Assembly (NCBI GenBank): GCA_047285535.1
Contig: JBJBDC010000001.1
Location: forward strand, 1,696,136-1,760,135
DNA length: 64,000 bases
Direction of reading: 5' to 3'
Origin: Synechococcus sp.
GTDB lineage: Bacteria > Cyanobacteriota > Cyanobacteriia > PCC-6307 > Cyanobiaceae
The notes under the pieces are model-generated. The model did no database searches, had not been told where the DNA came from, and saw only the letters and a program-made list of their open reading frames with translations. Positions 9,977 through 19,035 of this stretch are shown here, piece by piece. The stretch's first letter is position 1; each line of letters starts with the position of its first letter. Both the position numbers and the translations under genes were made by a program.

Positions 9977-11062
9977 GTGACGCAAGCCCTCACCTCTCTA
10001 GCTCGCCTGACGCTGCGTCAGCTCCGCCAGATGGCCAGTGACTTGGGGGTGACCCTCTATAGCCGCAAGAGCAAAGAAGACCTTGTGAGTGCCATAGCGG
10101 ATCGCCAAGATCGCCTCGATAGAGACGCCAAGGCGATGGAAGCCGAGCATCACGCTCCCACGATTGCCGAGGCCTCAACACGCGTCGTTTTTCTGCCTAG
10201 AGACCCACAATGGGCCTACGTTTTTTGGGAGATATCCGAGGAAGATCGACGGCAAGCTCAATCAGAAGGCGCAGCATTCCTTTGCCTACGTCTCGCAGAT
10301 GTGACCGGCTTAGAGAGCGGCTCGTCCCATCCCCATACTCTTCAAGAAGTTCCGGTCGACAGCCACAGCACTGAATGGTATTTGCCCGTTCCCCTGTGTG
10401 ATCGCGACTATCGGGTTGAGCTGGGATACAAGTCAGAAAACAAATGGATCTCCCTTGCCTTTTCTTCGGTAGCCAGAGTGCCTGCTCTGCATCCCAGTGA
10501 TCAGATCCTTGATCAATTTGTGCCTTTCAGCCTCGAGGCAACCCCTGCAGTGACCCCAGTCGTGCCGACGACAGCACCTGGTCCGGAGCCCGATTCAACC
10601 GACAGCAAATTGCACGAGCGTCTCTATCAGAGTGCTACGACCCACTTCCGCAGTCGACGTGTTGGCTCTGAGATTCTTCATGAGAGTGACTCCCTGAGTT
10701 CTGGTCAGCGTGGTCTTAATGATTCGGGTGTTGGCCTTTGGGCCAGTGGACGTAACGAATCTGGACTTGGCGGAGTGGCTCCACGGCAACGTTCTTTCTG
10801 GCTTGTTGCCGATGCTGAATTAATCGTTTACGGCGCAACCGACCCTTCGGCACGCCTCACGATAGGCAAAGAGGATGTACCTCTTTCGAACGATGGCACG
10901 TTCCGCATTCAAGTGCCATTCCGCGATGGCGAGCAGGTTTACGCCATCGAAGCGACTGCTGCAGATGGCGAACAGAAACGGAACATTACGCTAAAGTTTG
11001 AGAGAGGAACACCAGAGGACAACAGCAACCCTGCCAGCGAAGCTCGCGCTGAGTGGTTCTAA
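9977..11062 (+). CDS. DUF4912 protein with N-terminal Rho_N-like domain
   Basis: LTLRQLRQMA...YSRKSK, VFLPRDPQWAYVFWEI, FWLVADAELIVYGAT. Confidence 0.85.
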   Translation: MTQALTSLARLTLRQLRQMASDLGVTLYSRKSKEDLVSAIADRQDRLDRDAKAMEAEHHAPTIAEASTRVVFLPRDPQWAYVFWEISEEDRRQAQSEGAAFLCLRLADVTGLESGSSHPHTLQEVPVDSHSTEWYLPVPLCDRDYRVELGYKSENKWISLAFSSVARVPALHPSDQILDQFVPFSLEATPAVTPVVPTTAPGPEPDSTDSKLHERLYQSATTHFRSRRVGSEILHESDSLSSGQRGLNDSGVGLWASGRNESGLGGVAPRQRSFWLVADAELIVYGATDPSARLTIGKEDVPLSNDGTFRIQVPFRDGEQVYAIEATAADGEQKRNITLKFERGTPEDNSNPASEARAEWF

Positions 11063-11076
11063 CTCTGAACTCCTCA

Positions 11077-11247
11077 ATGTTGCGCTGGTTTGTTGCGATT
11101 ACACCCTTGGCAGGTGCGATCGCATTCCCCATCTTGGTACCGGTCACCATGGTCAAGGTTGGGATCGGGGCTGGTGTGGGCGTAGCTCTTGTTCTCAGCA
11201 CCCTTTGGTTTGTAGCCATGTTGCGGACATCAGAAATGCCTCACTGA
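11077..11247 (+). CDS. Small two-TM hypothetical membrane protein
   Basis: Two hydrophobic stretches, ends MLRTSEMPH. Confidence 0.7.
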   Translation: MLRWFVAITPLAGAIAFPILVPVTMVKVGIGAGVGVALVLSTLWFVAMLRTSEMPH

Positions 11248-11283
11248 GGGTGGAACCCTCAGTTAGAGGTAAGCACACTGCCT

Positions 11284-12708
11284 TTGAAGTCATCCCAGAA
11301 GCCCCTGTCTCTATGGGGCTATGTCGTCATCACCCTCCTCAGCATATTGGCTGGAGGGTGCAGCCAACCTGGTGCAGTTCTTGGTGATCCACCGGCAGAG
11401 CCGGCTTTACCGGCTGGGTTTGCAGTGGGCTTTAACCATCACTCAGGACATCGTTATCGCAGCCCGTTGAACGGTCAATGGAGAAATGGAGACGACCTTG
11501 AACAGATGCTGATCGAGGCCATCGAGTCCGCACAACAGGAAATTTTAGTGGCGGTTCAAGAACTCTCTCTGCCAGGCATCGCCCAGAGTCTTGTCGCGGC
11601 CTCCCAGCAAGGTGTGGAAGTCAAGGTGGTACTGGAAAATCACTACAGCAAGCCCTGGAGCCAACTCCACGACCTTGATCTGAACCGTCATGAACGCCAG
11701 CGACTCAAAAGCCTGAGAGCCCTGGCCGATCAAGATCAGAACGGTCTATTAAGCCCAGAGGAAGAACGGCAAAGCGATGCGTTGCTCATCCTTGAACAGG
11801 CCAATATCCCCTGGATTGATGACACCGAAGATGGCAGTCAAGGCAGCGGCCTGATGCATCACAAGTTTGTCGTGATCGACAGCAAGCGAGTGATCACCGG
11901 AAGCGCAAATTTCACCAGCTCAGGCCTGCATGGTGATGCTGGAGCAACACAAACCCGAGGAAATATCAACCATCTCCTCAGCATTCAAAGCTCAACGCTT
12001 GCGTCTTTATTCAGAGATGAATTTGCCCGGATGTGGGGAGATGGACCTGGAAGATCCAGCGACAGTCGCTTTGGACGAGGAAAAGACTCACAACCCCTGA
12101 AAACCATCAAGGTGGGCTCCGTCATCCTCCAAGTGCTTTTCCCCCCTCATTCCAAAACAACTCAAGGCCATGGTCTTGATATCATTGAAGATCAATTAAG
12201 CAGCGCGAACAAGACAATCGACCTGGCCTTATTTGTCTTTTCTGCGCAGCAACTCACGACCCAACTTGCAGAACGAATCGCAGCTGGAGTGAAGATACGC
12301 CTCCTTGCTGATCCTGGATTTGCCAGCCGCTCCTTTTCAGAAGTGCTTGATCTCCTTGGCGTCGCCCTGCCTGATCGCTTCTGCAAATTAGAGAAAGGCA
12401 ATCAACCATTAACCACTCCCATGAAGGGCATCGGCACCCCACGCCTCGCGCGCGGCGACAAGCTCCATCACAAGTTCGCCGTGATCGACAACAAAACCGT
12501 GATCACTGGATCCTTGAACTGGAGCCCGTCCGCTGCGCACACCAACGACGAAACCCTTTTAGTGATCCACTCACGCCAACTCGCCAAACATTTCACGCGT
12601 GAGATGGATCGGATGTGGCGGGGAGCGGAGCTGGGGATCACACCACGGATTCAGCGGAAACTCGACCACCAACGGATCCGCTGCGGCGCCGGGGTGGAGA
12701 GAATTTAA
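11284..12708 (+). CDS. Phospholipase D/nuclease superfamily protein (cyanobacterial ComA-like)
   Basis: Two HKD motifs (HHKFVVID...GSAN, HHKFAVID...GSLN); lipoprotein-like LAGGC. Confidence 0.88.
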   Translation: MKSSQKPLSLWGYVVITLLSILAGGCSQPGAVLGDPPAEPALPAGFAVGFNHHSGHRYRSPLNGQWRNGDDLEQMLIEAIESAQQEILVAVQELSLPGIAQSLVAASQQGVEVKVVLENHYSKPWSQLHDLDLNRHERQRLKSLRALADQDQNGLLSPEEERQSDALLILEQANIPWIDDTEDGSQGSGLMHHKFVVIDSKRVITGSANFTSSGLHGDAGATQTRGNINHLLSIQSSTLASLFRDEFARMWGDGPGRSSDSRFGRGKDSQPLKTIKVGSVILQVLFPPHSKTTQGHGLDIIEDQLSSANKTIDLALFVFSAQQLTTQLAERIAAGVKIRLLADPGFASRSFSEVLDLLGVALPDRFCKLEKGNQPLTTPMKGIGTPRLARGDKLHHKFAVIDNKTVITGSLNWSPSAAHTNDETLLVIHSRQLAKHFTREMDRMWRGAELGITPRIQRKLDHQRIRCGAGVERI

Positions 12709-12740
12709 GAGATGAGCAGAGTGACTTGTATTCTGGCTTG

Positions 12741-12824
12741 GGAGTTGTCAACTCTGTTTCACCTATATACAACGGATCACTGCTACTCCCGAAACATCGA
12801 CTGTTAGGCATCTGCAGAATCGCT
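12741..12824 (+). repeat. Diverged direct repeat, copy 1
   Basis: Aligns to 30691-30772; 32/40 identical over 12785-12824 vs 30733-30772, plus shared CAACTCTGTT..ACCTATA. Confidence 0.7.
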
Positions 12825-13120
12825 ACTCCATCCCTATTCACAACAACAATCTTGGGACAAAGGTATGACCCTTTACCTGATATCCAGAGATCTTGGCTCT
12901 GACAAACTTCTCTTCACGAAAAGCCGAATCAACATTACAGACATTGCAACAGAATCATGTATGAGGCAATTATTGAGACAGCCAATTAAACTCCAAAAAT
13001 TAATTAAAAAATTCAAATTTAACCGCGCAAACAATAAAAGTCACAAGGCCGCCTTGCAAGATGGAAATCAAATCATTATTAGCAATACATGAATATCACC
13101 TATAAAGAAAGAGCATCAGA

Positions 13121-14029
13121 TCAAACAATTCTCTCAAGAAGCTCCTTCGATTCTTCGAAAACCTTGAGCGCAGAATGTAGGCCTACATTGGTAGCATCAG
13201 TGAGTGTATCAATCATTTCGAAGGTGTCACTAACTGACTCAGCTGACGATGACACTTGATCAGCGATGTCGCTAAAAGAGCTTGCGAGCTCGTTTGCTGT
13301 CTCAATTAAATCAGAGATTTGCTCATCGTAACTTGAATTCATGGACTCTACTGCATTAGCAACGCTATCCTCCATCGCCCCCCCCAATTCCTCTAGACCA
13401 TCCTTTAAAAAGAGGCTAGTGTCTTCTGATTTAGAAGCAAACTCGGAAGACTGCTCAGCTATTAGTTCAATCTTACCGTCTTCAACGAGTTCCCCAAATA
13501 CAGAAGCTTCACCTTCAAGTTTGCTGGGAATATCAGACAACAAAGAGACAACCTTATCTGAAATTTCTCCAGTCAACTCGTTCGCACTCACGGTAGAATG
13601 ATCACTAAGATTGATATATCCTTCCAAGAGTGAAGCGTTGTTAGAGCTAATATCTTGCCATGATGACGCCTGATCAGATCTTATAGTTTGTATTAGTTCG
13701 CCGGATTCTTCAGCATGAGTTTTAGCTGCCTCAATTTGTTCAGCAAACGAGCTGCGAATATTCTCGAGTGTATCAAGAGTTTTTGAACAGTTTTCCCCGA
13801 AACCATCTAAGCGATTGGATATGTCATTTCCCAGCTCTTCAATTCTTTCTAAAGCAAGCCGGACAGAATCTTCAAGATCACTAAAACTAGAATTAAATCC
13901 CTCAAAGCTACCATCTGTGCTTTCTGAAATACTTTGGAGGTTGGCATCTAATTCGTCGATTTCCCTCAAGCAATCAGAAGACTTTTCGGCAAGCTCAATG
14001 GCAATAGTTTCAAATTCTGAATTTGACAT
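13121..14029 (-). CDS. Acidic amphipathic all-helical protein D (4th of tandem set)
   Basis: 302 aa, S/E/D/L-rich, one Pro, 11-residue hydrophobic periodicity. Confidence 0.85.
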   Translation of the reverse strand: MSNSEFETIAIELAEKSSDCLREIDELDANLQSISESTDGSFEGFNSSFSDLEDSVRLALERIEELGNDISNRLDGFGENCSKTLDTLENIRSSFAEQIEAAKTHAEESGELIQTIRSDQASSWQDISSNNASLLEGYINLSDHSTVSANELTGEISDKVVSLLSDIPSKLEGEASVFGELVEDGKIELIAEQSSEFASKSEDTSLFLKDGLEELGGAMEDSVANAVESMNSSYDEQISDLIETANELASSFSDIADQVSSSAESVSDTFEMIDTLTDATNVGLHSALKVFEESKELLERIV

Positions 14030-14069
14030 GATAAAAATTGGACGAGAAGTTTAGACGATAGCCAAGAAG

Positions 14070-14981
14070 TTACTTAAACATACTTGGGAGGCTGTCATAA
14101 AGGCTAGTGACAGAATCAACAAGCGGCTCGAGCTCTCCAACGACCTCTTCTACAAGCCCGCGAATTACGTCAGATTCATCTTTTTTAGAGATCATGTCTG
14201 AACCAGCACGAGTTATCCCATCTGTAAGCGTATTTACGCATTCTTTGACAATCGAATCTATCTCCTCCGTGATTTTAGATTTGAAATCAGAAGAAATCTC
14301 TTCGAGTTTTTCCGACACTTTCTCGCTAGCAAGGTTGGTGAGAACATCAATAAATAACTCACTGCTACTTTCACCATCTGAATTAAAGAGGTCAAGAAAT
14401 GAGCTCACGTCATCAGCGACACCATTAATTGCATCGTCTAAAAGCTTATGAGATTGGTCAATCTGGCCTTGTGAAGCCTTAATCACTGCCTCAAAATGTC
14501 CGGATTGCTCATCCAAGTCAACCTTAACCTTTTGGAAGAGCTCGTTATAAGTATCAAAAGATTTTTGCAGATCAGAAGAGTGACTAACGGCAGAATCCCT
14601 ATTGTCAACAATTTCGCTCAACCGCTGTGTAAGGGATTCGTGCAATTGAGAGGCATCCTGCCTTATGGTATCAACTGAAACTTGGAGATCACTCGAGCTG
14701 CTTTCAATAAGACTATTAAGTTCATCAAAAGATGATTCTAATGAATCAATTAAATCCTTGGATTCATTAACTTTGGAGTCTATTTTAGACTCCATGTCCG
14801 CAGCCTTATCACGAAGAGAAGCAATAAGGGACTCAGCAAGATCCTTTTTGGCATCAATTTCATCTTGATATTCAGAAATCTTGTTTTGAATCGAGGCAAT
14901 AGTATTGGCTGATTCCTTAATCTGATTTGGAAGCTCTGAAGCAGCTTGGGTGATGGACTGAACTGATTGAGCGAGTGTCAT
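14070..14981 (-). CDS. Acidic amphipathic all-helical protein C (3rd of tandem set)
   Basis: 303 aa, same composition; C-terminal ELEPLVD. Confidence 0.85.
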   Translation of the reverse strand: MTLAQSVQSITQAASELPNQIKESANTIASIQNKISEYQDEIDAKKDLAESLIASLRDKAADMESKIDSKVNESKDLIDSLESSFDELNSLIESSSSDLQVSVDTIRQDASQLHESLTQRLSEIVDNRDSAVSHSSDLQKSFDTYNELFQKVKVDLDEQSGHFEAVIKASQGQIDQSHKLLDDAINGVADDVSSFLDLFNSDGESSSELFIDVLTNLASEKVSEKLEEISSDFKSKITEEIDSIVKECVNTLTDGITRAGSDMISKKDESDVIRGLVEEVVGELEPLVDSVTSLYDSLPSMFK

Positions 14982-15021
14982 GGGTCTATAGAATAATCAG
15001 GATCAATTGAAATTGGAGTAT

Positions 15022-16014
15022 TTAGCAGACAATATCAAGACCATCATTGATTGTTTCCAACACTTCTCCAACTGTTTTCATGGCAGGAAATATTGGTGCC
15101 ATGACTGCACTAACCGATGAGCCTGCTGCCATCGTGACCATCGTTGTTCCTAATTCTACTAATAGAGCGTCCAAAGTATTTTCCAACGCCTCTTGAAAGG
15201 AATCACGCAACTGCTGTTGGATATCATCGTTTAAGCCTGATACAGAATCACTAACAAATGTTGCAAAATTATCTATCATCTCTTCGCCAGCTGATGTACA
15301 AGACTCATCAAAATTGTTAAGCCCATCCTTAAGTTGAGTGGAAAGATTTAAAAGAGGTTCTTCAATCAGACTAGTTTGTTTGTCTGTTAAAGCAGCGATA
15401 GCCGTGTCATAAGCCGAGCCTGAAGAAGTTCTAAGTGAATCTAGAAAATCCTGGACAAACGCATCAAAATTTGATGATATTTTGTTCATCAGATTGATCA
15501 AATCATCGTTGGCTTCCGTGGCTGTTGAATGAATTACATTGACACCATCTGAGAGCAAAGAAATCGCTGACAAAGTATTTTCAATGGATACATTTGTCTC
15601 ATCTCGAAATTGCTCAATAATTGCAATGATTTCGTTAAACGAAGTGGTATATTCACTTTCTTGAGCACTTAACAAAGCCTGGGTATTAGATATTAAAGCT
15701 GTTGCATTGTCAAAATTATCGCTTAATTTAGACTTGCCAGCTTCAATCGACGTATCAAATCTCTCCATTGCTTGGTGAAAATTGCTGGATAGGGATTCAC
15801 TATCTGAATGAAATTTGGAGAGTGACTCGAGCAAGATATTATATTTGTCACGCAGGGCTTGATTTATGCCGTCCTGATTCGACTCTGTTTCATTCAGATC
15901 ATTTAAAGCACTTTCAAGCAAGTCATCAGAATTATCAAGTATAGCTCCAAGTTCATTCAGCTTTTGTGTAGAATCCTCAAGGTCTGATGCATATCCAGAA
16001 AGGTCAATAGTCAT
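15022..16014 (-). CDS. Acidic amphipathic all-helical protein B with C-terminal hydrophobic segment
   Basis: 330 aa; LGTTMVTMAAGSSVSAVMAPIFPAM uncharged stretch near the C-terminus. Confidence 0.85.
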   Translation of the reverse strand: MTIDLSGYASDLEDSTQKLNELGAILDNSDDLLESALNDLNETESNQDGINQALRDKYNILLESLSKFHSDSESLSSNFHQAMERFDTSIEAGKSKLSDNFDNATALISNTQALLSAQESEYTTSFNEIIAIIEQFRDETNVSIENTLSAISLLSDGVNVIHSTATEANDDLINLMNKISSNFDAFVQDFLDSLRTSSGSAYDTAIAALTDKQTSLIEEPLLNLSTQLKDGLNNFDESCTSAGEEMIDNFATFVSDSVSGLNDDIQQQLRDSFQEALENTLDALLVELGTTMVTMAAGSSVSAVMAPIFPAMKTVGEVLETINDGLDIVC

Positions 16015-16052
16015 GATTTAGATCCTAAGTCCATTAAATTGTGAGTTAAAAA

Positions 16053-16928
16053 CTAGGCAATAAGTTCAATGACAGGCTTTATTTCATCGTAAATGTCTTG
16101 TACCTTTTCGGTAAATCCGAGAACTTCCTCAATCTTGGAAGTGTATTGCGCTATGTCATCAAGGCCAAGTTCTTTAAGTGTTTCAGTAGCTTCCTTCCAC
16201 GAAGAGCCACCTTCCGTGATTTGATTAACGATATCTAAGCCAATTATCGATTCAATAGTTGACAATTTTTCTTGATGAAGAGACTTAATACTATCAAGAA
16301 GGTCCTCGCTAAGCGATTTGGCTGCCTCCATCATTGAGGTAAGCTTTTGAGTTAACTCGTCTGTCCTCGTTGTCAAAAGGTTCTTAAGTCCCGATAGATT
16401 TTCGACCGATTCATCAAAACCAACCGTAGTTTTCTCAATTGTTGACACGATAGAAGTGTTAATGGTTTCTTTATCTTGATCCATTGTAGAAATAGTGTCA
16501 TTAAAACTACGCTCAAGCTCCTTGACGCGCTCAAGATAATCTGAGGAAGATGTAATAGCAATTTGAGATGCATTTTCAGTAGACTGGGAGCTAGTGGTCA
16601 TCACTTCGGAGTAAGCAGTTAGCTTAGAATTAATTCCTTCTTCGATAGATTCAATCTTTGCGGCAAAATCAGACAACCTTTCATCTAACTCAGTGATTTT
16701 GCTGTTTGTAGTAGCTCCTAGTGACTCTATTCGCTGCGCTAGTTGGTTGACTAATATTTGATTTTGGCTCATGCTTTCCTTTGCACTTTCTGTTGACTCA
16801 GTGATAATATCTAAAGCTGCATTCATGGTTATCTTATGCTCCTCAATTCCCTTAGAATAAGAGTCCATGCTATTATTAAGTTTCATCATCTTGTCCTGAG
16901 TTTGCTGGATCAATGCATCAAGGTCCAT
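16053..16928 (-). CDS. Acidic amphipathic all-helical protein A (1st of tandem set)
   Basis: 291 aa; only Pro is in the C-terminal EIKPVIE. Confidence 0.85.
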   Translation of the reverse strand: MDLDALIQQTQDKMMKLNNSMDSYSKGIEEHKITMNAALDIITESTESAKESMSQNQILVNQLAQRIESLGATTNSKITELDERLSDFAAKIESIEEGINSKLTAYSEVMTTSSQSTENASQIAITSSSDYLERVKELERSFNDTISTMDQDKETINTSIVSTIEKTTVGFDESVENLSGLKNLLTTRTDELTQKLTSMMEAAKSLSEDLLDSIKSLHQEKLSTIESIIGLDIVNQITEGGSSWKEATETLKELGLDDIAQYTSKIEEVLGFTEKVQDIYDEIKPVIELIA

Positions 16929-17482
16929 AGCAAGAACAATTCATATTGAAACCATTAGCAACATCCACCAAGAAGGATGGCAGGCTTTATACTTCTTAAC
17001 CAAAGGCCAATTGCTCCTGTGGCCAATAAATATCAATCTAAGACACAAAAACCATTATCTTCATTAGCAGTGTCTCCTGAGGGCAGGAGTGCAATCACTA
17101 AGTATTGCTCAACGTTTAAAACTACAAAAAACAAATAAAGAGCCGCCAACTCGGAAGTTAAAGAATAAGCAACCGATTTGGGTTGAGATGGTTAAATTAG
17201 CCGATTTAATGCATGAAACCCAGTTGAGTTCAGTCTATTAATGATTTCGAGACTTGGCTTAGCTTGTTAACACCACCTCAGAACAAAAGTCGGATTCTCA
17301 CCCTTAAAGAACTATATGGATTGTTTTTTTCAGCAAGGACAAGCTGAAAATGGTTTGACGGCTGGTGTGTCGCTCTAAGGTACTTACTACCTAACATATC
17401 TGAAGAAAAGCTCAAAAAGCCGAGCTACCTAGCCTCAGTTATGCCTTTACAGGGTACCAATCATAATTAGTGCGAGTCGATA

Positions 17483-18304
17483 TCAATACAAAGGATTGGG
17501 ATCTCTGTGGTTGCGAACCGCGATCGCTAGTGACACATCATCACCACTACCTTCAGCAGAAATTTGTGCTAAACCAGTATGTATTTCGTTCATATCGTGA
17601 AGTTCCGCCACGCCAGCACAAAGCTGCAGGTAGTCGTCATCAGTGGCGCAGGATTTACGCACTCCATCTGTGCTGAGTATGAGTGCTTGTAGTGGATCGT
17701 AGGCATCTAGACGATGCAGCTGAGCTCGCCCTGACCAGCGATGTTGATCCATTGCACTGCAGAGACTTTCGGTCGCTTCACTAAGTTCCAGTTCAGATAT
17801 GGTTTCCTGGCTGAGAATGATAGATGCACCACTACGTTCAACCGCGGCAAGATCCCAATCGCCAACTCCCGTGGTTCCCCACCAACCCGGAGCAAGCAGC
17901 ACTAAGCCAATCGTGCATCCATACGTAAGAGACTTAAACGGTTGGTTCAACGGCGTGCGCTTTTGCCAGTCTGCTTCAATTACGTCTAGCCAAGATCTCT
18001 GTATAGCTTCAGGGAGATCAAGCTGAAGCAAACGTAGCCATCTCTCTACAGCAGTAAGAGGGGTCTGTTGCAAATGCTTAGCAACCACCTGCTGTGCAGT
18101 AGCACATGCCAATGCACTGCCTACATGGCTAAGCCAATAGCGGCTACCGCCGTGGCCGTCAGAAACAACCATCATTTGGAACTGGTCGACGCCAGCCTGG
18201 AGAGTGCAACAAAGTGAGGAATCTTGGCAGGGCTTACCCTGACGCTTGTGAGCAGAACCAATCACAGTGCATGCTCGAGTTTGTAACCATCCTGAACTCA
18301 CCAC
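17483..18304 (-). CDS. PP2C-family protein phosphatase (TerY-P triad)
   Basis: GSAH...PCQDS, VVSDGHGG, GVGD, ILSTDGV, GSGDDVS. Confidence 0.9.
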   Translation of the reverse strand: MVSSGWLQTRACTVIGSAHKRQGKPCQDSSLCCTLQAGVDQFQMMVVSDGHGGSRYWLSHVGSALACATAQQVVAKHLQQTPLTAVERWLRLLQLDLPEAIQRSWLDVIEADWQKRTPLNQPFKSLTYGCTIGLVLLAPGWWGTTGVGDWDLAAVERSGASIILSQETISELELSEATESLCSAMDQHRWSGRAQLHRLDAYDPLQALILSTDGVRKSCATDDDYLQLCAGVAELHDMNEIHTGLAQISAEGSGDDVSLAIAVRNHRDPNPLY

Positions 18305-19032
18305 ATTAAGGGGCCGACGTCATCGATCGATTTGTTGAGTTCTGGTGGCAGGTCTGGGAGCCGGATGTTGGCATCCGATTCTGGGCCGGCTGGCGACAAA
18401 CGTGTGGTTGGCATCGATGTAGCCCCCACCACACATGTCGAGGCCCACTGAAGGTATTGAGAGAGCGTAGTAGCGTTGCTCGCCTGCAACGGCCGGCGGC
18501 CTGAGCGCTCATCGCCAGCAGGTGCAGGTCCAATGAATTGCTGCAGCACTTCGAGGTCGGCATCGTGACCCATTGCGATCGCGAGGCGTACTGCTTTTTG
18601 AGCCCAAGGCAAGTGCATTAACTGAGAAAGTCCTGCTTCAAAGTCGTCGGTAGGTTGACCATCGGAAATCAAAACCAGCACCGGTGGTAAAGCCCGCTCA
18701 TCCATTGGCGGAGATTGCAAAACACTGGCTACCAGACCAAGGGCGGCGCCCATGGCCGTTGTACCACCCGCCTCAAGATCCTGCCATTGAAGATTCTGAA
18801 CCGGTGTGGCGTCTTCTAAATGCCAGGCTGCCTGATCTGCGAAACATACAACACGCACCAAAATTTTCGCTTCTGGGTTCTCATTTGCCACCTCAGACAT
18901 GGAAGGCAGTGATTGGCGGATTGCCTGATTCAATGCCTGCATTTTTCCCTGAGCCTCCATTGAACCGGAGCAGTCGCATATATAGATGAAATGTAATGGC
19001 CGACTGCTAAGGCGAACTTTAGGGAAAGGCAT
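18298..19032 (-). CDS. vWA-domain protein, TerY-like
   Basis: MIDAS DCSGSM, GGTTAMG, LISDGQPTD. Confidence 0.9.
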   Translation of the reverse strand: MPFPKVRLSSRPLHFIYICDCSGSMEAQGKMQALNQAIRQSLPSMSEVANENPEAKILVRVVCFADQAAWHLEDATPVQNLQWQDLEAGGTTAMGAALGLVASVLQSPPMDERALPPVLVLISDGQPTDDFEAGLSQLMHLPWAQKAVRLAIAMGHDADLEVLQQFIGPAPAGDERSGRRPLQASNATTLSQYLQWASTCVVGATSMPTTRLSPAGPESDANIRLPDLPPELNKSIDDVGPLMW

Positions 19033-19035
19033 GAT

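Noticed and set aside
12865..13092. 75-aa plus-strand ORF at the left island edge
   Set aside because: AT-rich with no motif; likely a chance ORF
13121..16928. Quartet as methyl-accepting chemotaxis proteins, WXG100 substrates or tape-measure fragments
   Set aside because: No MCP hairpin signature, no central WxG, wrong size for WXG100, and no phage structural genes nearby
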